Position numbers and translations under genes: made by a program. From Pseudogymnoascus verrucosus (taxonomy: Eukaryota): a DNA stretch of 64,000 nt. The notes beneath the pieces were generated by a model, which saw only the letters and a list, made by a program, of their open reading frames with translations, did not search any database and had not been told where the DNA came from. The stretch is from the NCBI GenBank assembly GCA_001662655.1, contig KV460227.1. One strand, given 5' to 3'. Shown one piece after another: positions 12,580 through 25,057 of this stretch (its first letter is position 1; every line of letters begins with the position of its first letter).

Positions 12580-15500
12580 TTACAACTTTGAGTCCGTCTC
12601 TTCAAATTCGCTCAGGTCACGAACAGGCTGTGGGCCAGGTGTAACACCAAGCTTGGACTTGAATGCACGCACATCATCGATAGCCCACGGCCTCGTGCCG
12701 TTTCCTTCCACGGGGGCTTCCTGCGCTGTCTTGTCCTCGGATGTGAGCTTCAGTCCTTTGACGTCGTTTTCAATGCCAGCAGTGGAAGACTTCTTGCTCG
12801 TGGCTTGGGCACGAAGGTGCACGGCAAGCTTGGCCCTGGACGGCGACGATGGTGAAATGTAGTGCTCGTAAAATTCGATCATTTCTTTCTTGGTAAGGGC
12901 CTTGACGTGGGCTGCGTCCTCGTATGCTACTCCGTGTTAGAGATGATATGGAATATATGTCAGTTAACTTACAAAGGTCAAAATCGAAGTAGTCGCTGGC
13001 AACATGTGTCCACAGCCGGCTAGATTCTTGGTCCAGATTCTTCAGCTTCTCCATACGCTTGGTGATCAAGCTACGCTGGTGGCCCTCGAATTCGGAGTCA
13101 GACATATTCTTCAGTGTTGTCAGGTAATTGGCGAGGAAAGAGTCGATGCGGCCCTCGAGGTATTCCGGGGTGCGCTCACTCTGGACGATGAAGCGATAGC
13201 CGATTGTCGTAGAGGTGGTGCGAGCTCCGCTGAATACTACGTATCCCAGTTGCTCCTTTGTTCGCAGCTGGTCGAATGCTGGCTCGTGGGTTATCTGGTC
13301 CAACATCAGACATTTGGCGCGTAAGGCACGATCAGCCTTGTCGCCAACGTAAAGCAGGTATTCGATGCAGTGGTTGACGTTGGCGGGGTCCTTGAGGGTC
13401 TTGTGGTAAACAAAGTTGGCGCCAGGAGGGAAGACCAGCGATCGGAATACTGGCCACTGAGCCTGCGGAAGCGCCCTTGCCTTCAATGTGGTTTCCACCA
13501 TATTCGTCAGCCTGAGGGCATCTTCCTTGTACAGGTTACCGTGGACAAGAGTCTCGATGTGAACCTGGCGCAGAAGCTGAGGAAAGTAAAGCCTGATATC
13601 CTCGGCCTCTAAACGGGGCAATTCGGTAAGCAATTGGTCACTGATGAAGCCCTTTTCGATATTGAGCCATCTCGTGAAATCGCCCACTTGGTTGTAAGGT
13701 TGCTGGTAATCCCAATTGCGCATGCCTCTGAGGAGTCTTTCTTTGACAATTGCAAAGCGATCCGGCTTGACCTCAAGGTCGCGCATCGTCAACAGAACCT
13801 TCTCAAGTAGAACCGGCAGCTTGTCATTGTATCCCGATATCTGAATATCGAGTCCACCGGAGTAGCTAGAGACACTGTAATCGAGACCGGCAAGCTCGGC
13901 ATCATATGCGTATTCCTCTAGGGCATCCCTGACAAGTTCGGCATAAACCCTCGACTTGATTGTGTTCTCAGCAGTAGCACTTGGTAGGGGGTTCTTGCAC
14001 TGGATGAACAGGTTGGCCTTTGGAACCCAGAAAGTGTCATCCTTCTTGAACCAGGCACGGACCATGTCGTCGTTTCTGATTAATGTCGGGGCTCTTGTAG
14101 GCTCCTTGACTTCCTTCTTCTCGACATCCAGGTTTGTTGGAATAAACTGGTTCTTGTGTGGCAAGTGGAGTTGAGACAGCCTGCTCGCTTTGGTGCTGGA
14201 TGCAGCAGTCTTGATCTCTGCGATAAATTCCTGCGGAATCTTCTCGTACTTGTATTCGGTTTCGTACCACTTCTCTTTCTTGTCCCAGCCACCCGGGAAT
14301 GTCTGGCTGACCACAGACATCCTGAAGTTGTCTGGTCGGAGATATGCAAGGCCAGCCTCAATCGCCTTTGGATCGAACTTTCTCAGCCTGCTGTGTCCGC
14401 TGAGCAACCACTCTCTGGGCAATGGCAACTGCATAACGGCAGAAATCTTGCTAGTGAACTTGCTTGCAGGAGACTTCTGCTTGAACTTGAAATCAACCTC
14501 GGCTAAGCCTTTCTGCTCCTCAAATATCCATTCCTGGGGCGGGCTCTCATTCAACAGAGAGATGTACTGGAAGAAAACCTTGACAATCTCCTTGTAGTTC
14601 TTTAGTCCCTCTTCGGTGAGTCTGATTTGGCAGTTGAATAGACCCAGCGAGCCTGGGCACACTGCGTATCCACCGGCGCTAAGGCCATTGGCCCATCCCT
14701 TGCCCTTGATGTACGACATTATGCTTCCAGGGCCCTCGTGGCCGATCAGGTGGCTGATATATCGGCTGGGTTGCGACTCGTACAAGTCTTCCTCGTTCAA
14801 GTATGGGAATGTGAGCTCAAGGAGTCTGGAGTCCATTACTGGCTTTGCGAAGATCTGAGTCAACAGCTCATCCTTGCCCAGTGGCTGCTCGTCCTCCCAT
14901 CGGTTCTGCTCAAGGTCCTTGTTCTTCACACCTGCGAACAGGTCTACGGCCCATTCCTCTAGGACATCCAATGGCTCTCTCCCCAAGATAACCAGCTTCA
15001 TCCGGTTTGCGGAGTAGTGCTTGTCATGGAAATTTATGAACTCCTGTCGGACATCGATTCCTTTCGCTTCTGGTTGGATCTTAAGAGTCTCCAGGCTTCC
15101 TGTGGAAAAATGGCAGTATGGATGCTTTGGGTTGGAAAGTGACTTGTCGAGCTGGTGTAGCCGCCATTGGTCGCTCTGCAAGTTCTTCTTATTCTCGGAG
15201 TCTACAGCGCGAAGCTCTCGGTCGAGGGTGGAGGGGAGGAAGAGTGGCTCGATAAAAAATTGCGCAAATCTATCCAGGGCTCCATATAATGGCGACCGAT
15301 CAGTCTCTTCGGCGGACTCAGCTGCCTTCGCGGCGACTTCAAAGTAATAATTCGTGGATGTGGCAGCAGTGTAGGCATTGGAGCTTCCAGAGTGTGCCGA
15401 GAGGTACTGTGAGTATGCGTTTTCCACGGGGTACTATAGTCAATCAGCACAGGTACCTTGTGAACATATTTATGGGGAAGCTGGGAGGGTACAGACCTTT

Positions 15501-16411
15501 TTCGTGCCCATGAATAATAAATGCTCGACGGCATGCCCCATTCCCGGCGTGTCTTCGGGATCACTGAAGTTCCCTACATTGACATCCATGGCGGCACTGG
15601 CCTTGTCGGTGTCGGCATCGTGAACGAGCAGCACCTCGAGCTGATTCGAGGCAATTTTTATGACGCGATACTGGCGATCGTCGAGAGATGGGGTTTCGAG
15701 CTTGTCTGTCAACCTTTCCACGGGCCTCTGTCTGTGCTCACGAAGTGGGCTGTCCAGGGTGGTGGGCGTCTGAGGCTGAGAGGGGGTCGGCATTGCTGCT
15801 GCAGTGGAGTTTGTGCGTCGGAGGGTCGGTGATAAAGTGAAGGCCGGGAGGAAGTTCGTAGATGATGTTTTATTAGAAAAGAGCGTGTAAGCTCTGGATT
15901 TTGTTTTGGGGACCTCCGGGTGGGCGAGGTGAGGTTGAGGCGGGGCGGCTGTTAGCGGAGAACTATGAACACTGGCGCTGGCGCAGGCTGGGGAAGCTGG
16001 TGGCGAGGCTGGAAGCAGCACCGAGGTCTGTGCGAGACGACGACGGCTTGGTAACGGAGGCAACGATGGCGGCAACGACACGAGAGATGGAGATGATGGG
16101 ATGGAGAGTGCAGAGGGACACGACGACAGGGCAATAGCGAAAGTATGTCGATGGCGACTATGAGAGCTTGCTCTGCTTGCAGGAAATGACGACAAAAAGG
16201 ACAAAGAGCAGGTGGAAGAGGATGAGGTTTGCTGCAGGGAGAAGGGGTTTGACAGGGCGCGTCGTGCGGGTCTTATAGACGCCGTTGCCTGGAAAGTGGT
16301 GGGACACGATTGCGGCGGTGTTGGTGCCGGCGTTGGTGTTGGTGTTGGCGTTGGCGTTGGCTTTGGCGTTGGCAGTAAGCTTCCACTGGGCAGCAGTCTT
16401 CTGACTCTCAT
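12580..16411 (-). CDS. STE23: Insulysin-family (M16A) metallopeptidase
   Basis: Inverted zinc motif HAVEH in GHAVEHLLFMGTKK|YP; SNAYT, LRTKEQLGYVV; two introns; alternative starts at 16411 and 15793. Confidence 0.95.
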
Positions 16412-16794
16412 GTGCCGGGTCAAGTTATGACAGACCTGTCCACTAAAGGATTGCGGATTTCATATGATTTCATATGAATATCCCGGTAAGAGATCTCGCG
16501 CGTCAATGCCCTCCCTGTTTGTTCTCCTGTCTCCGGCCTCCTGTCTCCAGTGTCCTATCCTGATCTCCGTCTCCTGTCTCCTTTCGGCCTATGTCTCGCA
16601 CGTTGTCAAAGGAGAATATTCGGCAAGGAAGAGGGGAAAATAGAAGGATATGGATATGGATAGACGGAGAGGGTTATGGAGATGGAGAAAGGGGAGGGGA
16701 GGGGAGGGATGGAGATGCACATAGACCAGCGCATATAGGTGCTTACTCCTGTAGTTAGTCAGTAGTACAGTAGTGCGGTGAAGAGTTCAAGGTA

Positions 16795-17025
16795 TATACA
16801 TTTGACGCCATACGGGCAATGGTGAGTATGCAGGTATTTCCATAGTATATCTCCGTGGGTAAGGATGCATGCATATATATGCATATATGCAGGTATACAG
16901 ATATGGAGAGTTGTATACAGATATATGTATGGAGATATGTAGGTAATATATGTACAGTTTCCCTCCCTGGTTGCCTGTGCCTGTCTGTGCCGATGCCTGT
17001 GCCTGTGCCTGTGCCTGTTCCTGCA
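16795..17025. repeat. Low-complexity ATATGC/TATAC tract and (CCTGTG)n microsatellite
   Basis: Visible short-period repeats; they generate the spurious HRHR/QAQA/GTGT ORFs. Confidence 0.7.
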
Positions 17026-18410
17026 TCTTGTCTTGGTTCCATTCAATCAAATATTGCCGCCCGCCGCAAGAGGAAGGCCAGTCTTACTCCTTGCCGTGAT
17101 GCCGCCGTTGTTATTTGCTAGGATGAGATATGGGAAGGTGAGACGACATGCCAACGAAGCTGCAGCTTGCTTATGGTTGGTGTTCGCATCTGGCGGTTAG
17201 CATCTCGGAGCGCGCGGCACGGTGCCGTGGTGAAGGTCCAGACAACCACCCCCTCCCCCCCCCGGTCCGAAGTGAGATATATAAATGATGGCTCATGCAG
17301 TACACTCTTCCTCCGGCCCGTCTCTCATCTTGTTCTTCTCACTCTTCCTCTTTTTTTTTTATGTCGATCAGTTCTGGTCAGGCACGAGCGACAGGGGTTG
17401 CTCCGTGGCTTTCAAGGCACCCAAAGCATATATCAGAGCTCTGATATTATCTATTATAGCGCCGCGCCATATATCAAGCCTCGTATCAAGAAAAAGAACT
17501 CATGGACACGTAATACGAAATTGATCGACGAAAGGCCAGCTATGCGGTTAGAGCAGAGTACACATTCGCAAGCCCTACCGAGTATAGAGGACCTTTCACT
17601 GATGTTCTGGGCAATTGAGTGGCTCAGTGGCTTCTGTTACAGGATGGAAATAAGTTCTCCCATACTTCCATACAACTTTAATGTGCTTCGGTGTGCATAG
17701 TCACAATTCATTCAGCCTCGCAATAACCAGATTTCCAGGCAGTATATGCATTCCACATAGCAAATTGATGCATGTCGTCCAAGGAGGCTACCATTAACCG
17801 GGGCAGCGCGATATACCTAACCCACGACAGCCCAGACTGCATCGGCTGGGTCGGATGTCAGGCAAACGGCCTTCTAGAAAGGCGCATCATTATGCGGATA
17901 AAGAGGTGCTAATTTACCCCCCCAGGAACAACCTGCATGACAACCCTAGTATTTATAGTCGGGGGTTTGTCATGTATCGCCTTCCCATCCCTCGGCCCTG
18001 AATGCCAATCTACATGTGTGCGTAGAAATTGTTTCGTTTCCAAACTGAAACCCCACGGCAATCGGCCAAACCAAGCCACCCTTCCGCTGTCTCATCTCCC
18101 TCCTGCCACCCCCAGAACAAGAGGCTTGCAGGCCGTGTCAATAGTGTCTGTATCGAGGTATAGCGCCCAACGACTCCACATTACCGCATGTGATTTTACC
18201 GTAACTGGCAGACAATCGAAATCTTTTCGGTAATCAATGCATGCCCTTCGTCAATTGGGCCAACTGATTGGGCTCTCAATATCGCCAGCCACTGTGATAA
18301 TATAGCATGGATATATGTTGCTGGCAGCAGCCGGTCCGCCGAACCATGTTTAAGCGGGAAGATGTCTCGGCCCGTTGCTGAAAATGGCGGCAGCTACTTT
18401 GGGTATCTGA

Positions 18411-19387
18411 TCAACCAGACTTCCTTGATTTGTTTGAGGACCTCGGGCGGTCTCCGTCGTCGTCTGTCCGCCCCCTCTTCTTCCCCTTTGGGCAGTCTGC
18501 CAGGAAATGCCCAGTCTCCCCGCACTTGTAGCAGGTCCCCTTTGATGCGCCGCTGGTGCCCCCCGATATAGATGTCAAGTTGTTCAGTTTCACGTTCTTC
18601 TTCTTTCGTTTCTCGGCCAGACGGAGTAGTTCGGCCTTTTCTGCCTTTCGTTTGGATTTCCGCTCAGCCTTCAGCTTTTTGGCCGCTTCGTCTCGAGCAG
18701 TCTTCATCAGTTGGCTCGTGGGGTCGTCGTCGTCACTATTGCTACCCTCGGCATCTTCTTGCTCCCCGCTATCATTATCCGAGTCTGAATCCGACGAGTC
18801 GTCTCCTTCTGGATCTTGTAGTTTCTGGTGTTCATTAGCAGCGGCGCTTACAGCGGGTTCGGAGTATCTCCCAAATGGGATAAATAAATGCCTCGTACCT
18901 CTAACTTCCGGTTGAACTTCCCAAAACTCCTCCGTCCTGCAAATATAGCATTATCCGAGGTCTCCTCTGCCTGATAGATTACCCTCGGTGTTGCCGCGGA
19001 GTCTCTGTCAATTGCAGAAAAACTGGCCTGCTGTATCTTCAAGTTTCCCCGTACTGGCCCTGTCTCCGAGCCATTTCGTTCGAAATTTAACACCCATCGT
19101 GTATCGCCAGCTTCGGATGCCTGTTTATCGAGCGCAATCTGACGTTTCGCCTCCTCGCTCGCAAGGGCAGTCTCAATAGCCTTCTGGTTGGCCAGGGCAT
19201 TTACGTCGAAACCAGCCAAGGGAGAATCATCAGGCCTGGTCTTTTGTCGTTTGGCAGAGGGTTGGTCGGGTGTCGATGGCGAGGAGAGGGGGGACGAAGC
19301 AGCGGCGCGTTGCATAAACTTCATCGTCAAGAGACGGGAGGACATGGCTTTTGGCGGCTTGCCTGCCATGGTTGGTGAGCCCGACAT
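18411..19387 (-). CDS. Mpp6-like exosome-associated protein with C-terminal CCHC zinc knuckle
   Basis: MSSRLLTMKFMQR and GRRSFGKFN motifs of the MPP6 family; intron ~18898-18826; CYKCGETGHFLADC knuckle. Confidence 0.8.
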
Positions 19388-19645
19388 CGTAGCTCAACTG
19401 TGATTTCCAAATGATAAAAAATCAATGTGATACGATTGTGAACTTAGTTTATGAAGAAGTTGCTTCTGTATCCGTTATTTCGAGAGTTGGGGTTCTGGGA
19501 CCTCTTCCCTTCGTCAAAATAATTTCCAGCCTTGCGATGATCCGATAATGTGCTTATGTAAGCGGATATCTCCGAACTTCAAGTCCCCAACTTCACCTCA
19601 TCCACCAGAACGCTTTGCTCAATTGCCTTTCACCACCACCTCAAG

Positions 19646-20444
19646 ATGCTCTCAACCGCCAATAGACGTGCAGCGCTACTCCTGGCACGCCGTGCGCGCG
19701 CGTCGGCCCCAATCAGCTCTTTCCGCGCCTTGTCAATCTCTAGCAGGGCATCGTCGAACGCATCCGTGCCGAACGTTTCGAAGACGAATGAACTACCTCA
19801 AGGGAAGCAGCAAGAGGATGATGTGCTAGTGCATGAGAACGTTGAAAATGCGCAGAAATTAAGGACCATGCAAGAGCCCAACAGGGCGACTACTTGGTCG
19901 AGGAGCCAGAAGACGAGGGAGGCCGCTATGTCCGGGCCAAGATTTGAGCAGACTATTGTCGAGTTGCAGGTGAGCAAATACCCCATGAGGTGCATGAAAA
20001 GGTGTAGAGAGTGGCGCGCTACGAATTTGTGATATAATGGGAGATGGGTCTAGATGGGATTTATTGTGAGACTCAGATGCTAACGCCCCGCAGCCTGCAC
20101 CGGCAGCAGCTATCGAGCTCATCCACCAGCAACCAGTCCGCTGGATCCACGAGAGGACAGTCGAATGCGACGGCGGTGGAGGACCACTGGGTCACCCCAG
20201 GGTCTTCATCAACCTCGACAAGCCGGAAATCTGCACCTGCACATACTGCGGTCTGCCATTTGTACGTACTCTCATCTCAAAATCCAATGAAGTGGGTTCT
20301 AACCATCACTCACAGGCCAACGAACACCACCGCACATACCTGGAGTCCCTCCCTTCTACGCCATACCCTTTGACTCCACAGGGAAACGCCGCAGAGGTGA
20401 ACTTGAACCAGCGCGTTACTGATGGTGCCTTTGAGCAAAGATAG
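19646..20444 (+). CDS. Complex I zinc-binding accessory subunit (NDUFS6/zf-CHCC)
   Basis: Mitochondrial presequence; [23 protein letters not shown], then [30 protein letters not shown] after intron 1; two introns. Confidence 0.93.
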
Positions 20445-20717
20445 ATCGACGATGATAGACTTGGGTTGTATATATTGATAGTAGAAATGAGATGTATTAG
20501 GCTATTTCAGCTTAGTTGTTGTGAAGATCCGTTCGACCTCGTGCCGCGTATTGTATCCTTTTGTATTCTGGTATATAATTGTGATTAATACCAGACCAGC
20601 GTGCACAGAGCGAAACATCGACCAGGGAGTGCAATACAATACTTCATCTTTTTCATTAAACATATTTTACCTCTCATTACTATCGTTTTGACTTTGTAGT
20701 CAATAATCTCATCTATT

Positions 20718-22409
20718 TTAGTCACTCCTTGCCTTACTTGTGACTCCCCCAGGCACTGCCTCATCATTCGACTCATCCCCATCATATTTATACACTTTCA
20801 TGTCCATGCCCACCCAGAAGGTCTTATTGCGCCATTTCACCGTGGTCCCCCCCAGGACAGCAAAGACCCAGATGGGTAAAGCAAGCACCTCTCTCCCAAG
20901 CCATGCGGCAAGCCATTCACCAAAACGCCTTCTTGGTCCTTGCGGTGGCCGGGCAAAACTTGGAGTATCTTCGTCCAGTTCTACCGATGCAACAGAGTGC
21001 AGCTTGTTGTACGTGAGCCGATCAACGCCCATCCAGACCGTAATGTACATTAACCAGACGATGAAGAATGCTGTCCACGAACTTGGCAGTCCTAGGGCCT
21101 CCCGAAGCGGTGGCAGGGTAGTCATGGCAAATGCAGCGTATGCTGAACAGAGGATACTCTCAACGCCCGGCTCTACTAGAGTTGCGAGGATGACAGTCCA
21201 TTTCCTAACCCTGAGCCATCGTACTCGCCTGGCGATGTAGTCCGCAACGCTGGTGGACGCCATTGGCTGGATAGCAACATCTCCAAACACCAGCCCGTGA
21301 TTCCTCCACTTCTCGCCATTGGCTTGCCCAGGCACATTGTTGCGCCATAGAAGATCGCCTATAAGGTGGTCCTCGCAGATATTGTTGGAAAAGAAGTCGA
21401 TACCCGGTGAATAGGGCGATGTTGCGGCCGAGGTAAGGCTGTCGAGGTGGGACCGACGGAACATATTGGACTTCCCTACTATACAAGGCGCAACGGCCAC
21501 GGTATTGATAGCTGTGTAGAATTTGGCATGTGAGCCGGCCATGAAGATTTCTTCCAGGCGACCCCCACCCCAGCTGAAAAGTCCGCCGTTGCGCGTGGGG
21601 AGGATTTCTGAGCCATCTTCGTTGGTTTCGTCGGTCAGAAGCCCGCGAGCCTCTTCGCCTTTGCTTGCGCCTACACTGTCGACGACAAGCGGTAGTTGAT
21701 GCACAAGTTTATACGGCGTAAGACGCCGACCCCCTGGTGCAAATCCACAAAGCTTGTCTACCATCCGCCCAGTGACACCCTTTCCGACCCAGACGTTGCA
21801 GTCCATTACCCACAAAATATCGCCCTTGGCCTCCCTGTACCCGCGGCTCATGTTTCTGATCTTTGGGTTTGGGCCCAAGTTGTTCTCCTGCCCGGCATCC
21901 CCGCTGAGGTTTGGGTCATCTTCCTCGACAAAGACCTTCGCGTCGAACCCGGGGAAGTCGGCGATGAGCCTCTGAAGTGTTGCGTATGCTGGATCGCTAC
22001 GTGAAGCGACGCACAGGTATATCGTCAGCTTATCTCGGGGATATGTCTGCTTGAACGTAGCTGCCAAGCATTCGTATAGCTGAGGCTCAAGTCCTTTTAC
22101 AGGACGAAGGATTGTGACGTGAGGAATCTCATCTTCGGGGAGGTCGAGGGATGCAGCTGGAGTTGGGATTGTGGAGTAGCGGCGGTAACTATAAAAAAAT
22201 AAGCTTTCTAGAACATCAATCTGACATTCAAGGGGGAAGCTGGCTCACAGTTGAGTGAAGCCGATAAGCTGGACGAGCAGGATAAAGGAGCACCATGCCG
22301 CGCACGCCCCAGCAATCCATATCACAAATGTAGAGGTCGATTCATGCTGCATAGTCCCGTCTCCGTCTGAAATGACTGGGTTCACTGTAGAATACACCAA
22401 GCTCGCCAT
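20718..22409 (-). CDS. Ceramide glucosyltransferase (GT21)
   Basis: N-terminal TM exon, then [44 protein letters not shown] motifs. Confidence 0.94.
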
Positions 22410-22905
22410 GCAGCGCCGTCTCTTCTTCGCCTCTTCTTCTTCTTCTTCTTCTCTTCTCACTTCTAAGGTTGTTGTATATGGTTCATGGTTTTTTTCCCGT
22501 CCGGAATCCCCAAATTTAGGATGTACAGATGAGCTACCCGTTCAGTTTAGAGCAGCGTCGTGGCCGGCCTTCCGGTTGGCTTCGTCAGTAATTTTTGGGA
22601 AGGATTACGGGTCAGCAAGCAGCGGAGCGGGGCGGGGTGGAAAGTGGTGGAGTGGGGCGGGATTTAGCAAGTTACCCTACTCGACCGTGTTAGACGAAAA
22701 ACAAATTCCTCACTTCTTCTCTTCACTTCTACTCTCTCTCTCACAACTTCTTCAAAACAACAATCTCTAATATTCCCTCTACCTTTTCTCCATCTTTCTC
22801 TTTCCCCTTCCATAGCTTCACTTTAGAAGCTGTACGAAATGTGGTAATACGTAAGTCTTGTTCTCTTTCAAAACATGCCCATTTGAAGCTTCCATGGAGC
22901 TCCTC

Positions 22906-23019
22906 TTCTTGCGGTGATGACACATTCCGTGGCCTAGAAACCGACTTAACTTTGATTGTCGTTCTTCTCTGTTGGCTCAATTCTCTTCTGAGAAGACTAC
23001 AACGGTATCTGAGCAAGAA
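22906..23019 (+). ncRNA. SNR79: Box C/D snoRNA, snR79-type 18S 2'-O-methylation guide, in SEN2 5'UTR intron
   Basis: Box C GTGATGA 22914-22920, box D CTGA 23009-23012, perfect 7-bp terminal stem TTCTTGC/GCAAGAA; guide AAGACTACAACGGTAT complementary (1 mismatch) to conserved 18S AUACCGUCGUAGUCUU; flanked by GTAAGT (22851) and GCTGAC...CAG (23066-23083). Confidence 0.9.
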
Positions 23020-23119
23020 TATCACATTGACTTGGTCGCAACAACAACGATGAAAAGAGAGACATGCTGACCAGAACTCTCAGGCAGATGATGTATCAAT
23101 GAAGATCTAGGTCTCCGTC

Positions 23120-25057
23120 ATGGAAGACACAACCCAAGTAGTCACAGCCGTCAATGGCGTACAATTCAAACCAAAAGAGTTAATAAATGAAGCATCTTCC
23201 AAACCCGACGTTGTCGTCAATGGTGATCCAATCAAGCCTGAGATGAATGTCAATGGAACCTCCACAGGGTCAAATGCGACCGTGGATATAGCTTCTCCTA
23301 AGAACGGAACTGGCGGTAATGGCAGACCTCGTGGGCCTACCAGGTCACAACAGATAAATAAGCTATATTCCCACCCTACGCCATTACGAACCTTCCCTCT
23401 CCCAACCTTCGTTCCACATAATCCGATCTCCCTGGTCCAAATCTTGTACACATGGCTCCAACAAACTATCAGTCCCCCCTCGTCACATCCTCAGGCTCTA
23501 TATCACGGGGTATTCTCGCCGGAGCTTCGCTCTATCCATGTCACAGATGAAAGATCTGCCCATGCTCTTTGGCGGGAAGGGTTCTTCGGTAAAGGCAGCT
23601 TAAGTCGGAGTGAACCCAGTTGGCTTGACCGTGAGAAGCGCCGAGTTGGTGCCAACGCCTCCAAGACGAGCGAAGAAGTGACGAGACAGAGGCGTGCAGA
23701 GAGACAGCAGGCCAAGTGGGAGAGGGCAAGAATCGGCCGCGAGGCTATAGATCAGAAGCTGCGAGAGGAGCTGGAGCTCGGAATCCTGTCAGACGCGGCC
23801 CTCAGAGACAACAGCAACAACAGCAAGGACGAACCAACCACTACGACGTTCCTTTCACCTGTTGGTCCAGAAGAACTGCTGCGTCTACCAAACTCTCGAT
23901 ACGACGTACGCCTTGTCAATGATCCGACATCTGCCCTGTCCAACATTACAAGCCCTGCAATTGAACAAGCGAACGTAGCAGCCGATGATAACAAACCTCA
24001 ATCGATCAAGAAGGCATTCGTTCCACCTGTTGGCCCAGGAGAATTAGTGCGTCTGCCAAACTCGCAAAGCGACGTAGACCTTTGCAGTGGTCCAACGTCA
24101 ATTGTGGCCAACCGGGCGGCGACCACAGTGGCGCAGGATAAAACAGCAACTCCGAATGGGCACGCGATATCACCGGGATATCAAACCCCTCCCGCCACTG
24201 AAGTTGACCTGCTACTCCGCCCACTCTACAAACCGGGTTCCGCGAAGACTTCGGGTGAAACCGAGACCTTTACATCGACAAATAGCGATGTATCAACTGA
24301 AGAGACTTCAAACCGGCCTAAACCTCTGAACCGCAAGAAGAGTGTTCGATTCTCGCCCACTATTGAGCAAACCACATTCCTACCATCGGATCCCATCAAC
24401 GCCGACTTCTCCAAACTTAGATCACCAACTCCACCGAAAATCACTGAAGCAGACGACACACTCGTCGAACTTCACAACCAGGAACACATCCAACTCACAA
24501 TGGAAGAAGCCTTCTTTCTCTCATATGGCCTAGGTGTCCTGTCGATCCAAAACGCACAGAGCAACCTCCCAATCCCTCCTCAAGACCTTCTGTCGCTCTT
24601 CCGCCAAACTTCTTCCTTCCCTGTATCGGCCACGCCCCAAAACAGACCAGATGATCTGTTCATCATTTCATATGTCGTTTACCACCACTTCCGCAGTCTT
24701 GGCTGGTGCGTGCGCGGCGGCACAAAATTCGGTGTCGATTACTTGCTATACAATCGCGGCCCTGTCTTCTCACACGCTGAGTTTGCGATCTTGATCCTAC
24801 CGACATACAGTCATCCTTACTGGTCTAGCGACGATGCGATTGCGAAAGACGTGGAAAAGAGGCAGAGCAAAAAGTGGAATTGGCTGCATTGTGTGAATCG
24901 CGTGAATGGCCAGGTGAAGAAGACACTGGTACTGGTTTATGTTGATGTTCCTCCACCTGTGGATGAGGAGGGTATGCGTGTTGATGAAGTGCTGGCCAGG
25001 TATACAGTCAGAGAGGTGGTGTTAAAGAGATGGCTGAGCAACCGTAGTCGGGATTAA
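23120..25057 (+). CDS. SEN2: tRNA-splicing endonuclease catalytic subunit
   Basis: LWREGFFGKGSLSRSEPSW, EHIQLTMEEAFFL, YHHFRSLGWCVRGGTKFGVDYLLYNRGPVFSHAEF, RVNGQVKK (Tyr-His-Lys triad). Confidence 0.96.
   Translation: MEDTTQVVTAVNGVQFKPKELINEASSKPDVVVNGDPIKPEMNVNGTSTGSNATVDIASPKNGTGGNGRPRGPTRSQQINKLYSHPTPLRTFPLPTFVPHNPISLVQILYTWLQQTISPPSSHPQALYHGVFSPELRSIHVTDERSAHALWREGFFGKGSLSRSEPSWLDREKRRVGANASKTSEEVTRQRRAERQQAKWERARIGREAIDQKLREELELGILSDAALRDNSNNSKDEPTTTTFLSPVGPEELLRLPNSRYDVRLVNDPTSALSNITSPAIEQANVAADDNKPQSIKKAFVPPVGPGELVRLPNSQSDVDLCSGPTSIVANRAATTVAQDKTATPNGHAISPGYQTPPATEVDLLLRPLYKPGSAKTSGETETFTSTNSDVSTEETSNRPKPLNRKKSVRFSPTIEQTTFLPSDPINADFSKLRSPTPPKITEADDTLVELHNQEHIQLTMEEAFFLSYGLGVLSIQNAQSNLPIPPQDLLSLFRQTSSFPVSATPQNRPDDLFIISYVVYHHFRSLGWCVRGGTKFGVDYLLYNRGPVFSHAEFAILILPTYSHPYWSSDDAIAKDVEKRQSKKWNWLHCVNRVNGQVKKTLVLVYVDVPPPVDEEGMRVDEVLARYTVREVVLKRWLSNRSRD

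Noticed and set aside
16755..17121. ORFs with HR, QA, GT and VP dipeptide repeats
   Set aside because: Products of a hexamer microsatellite read in several frames.
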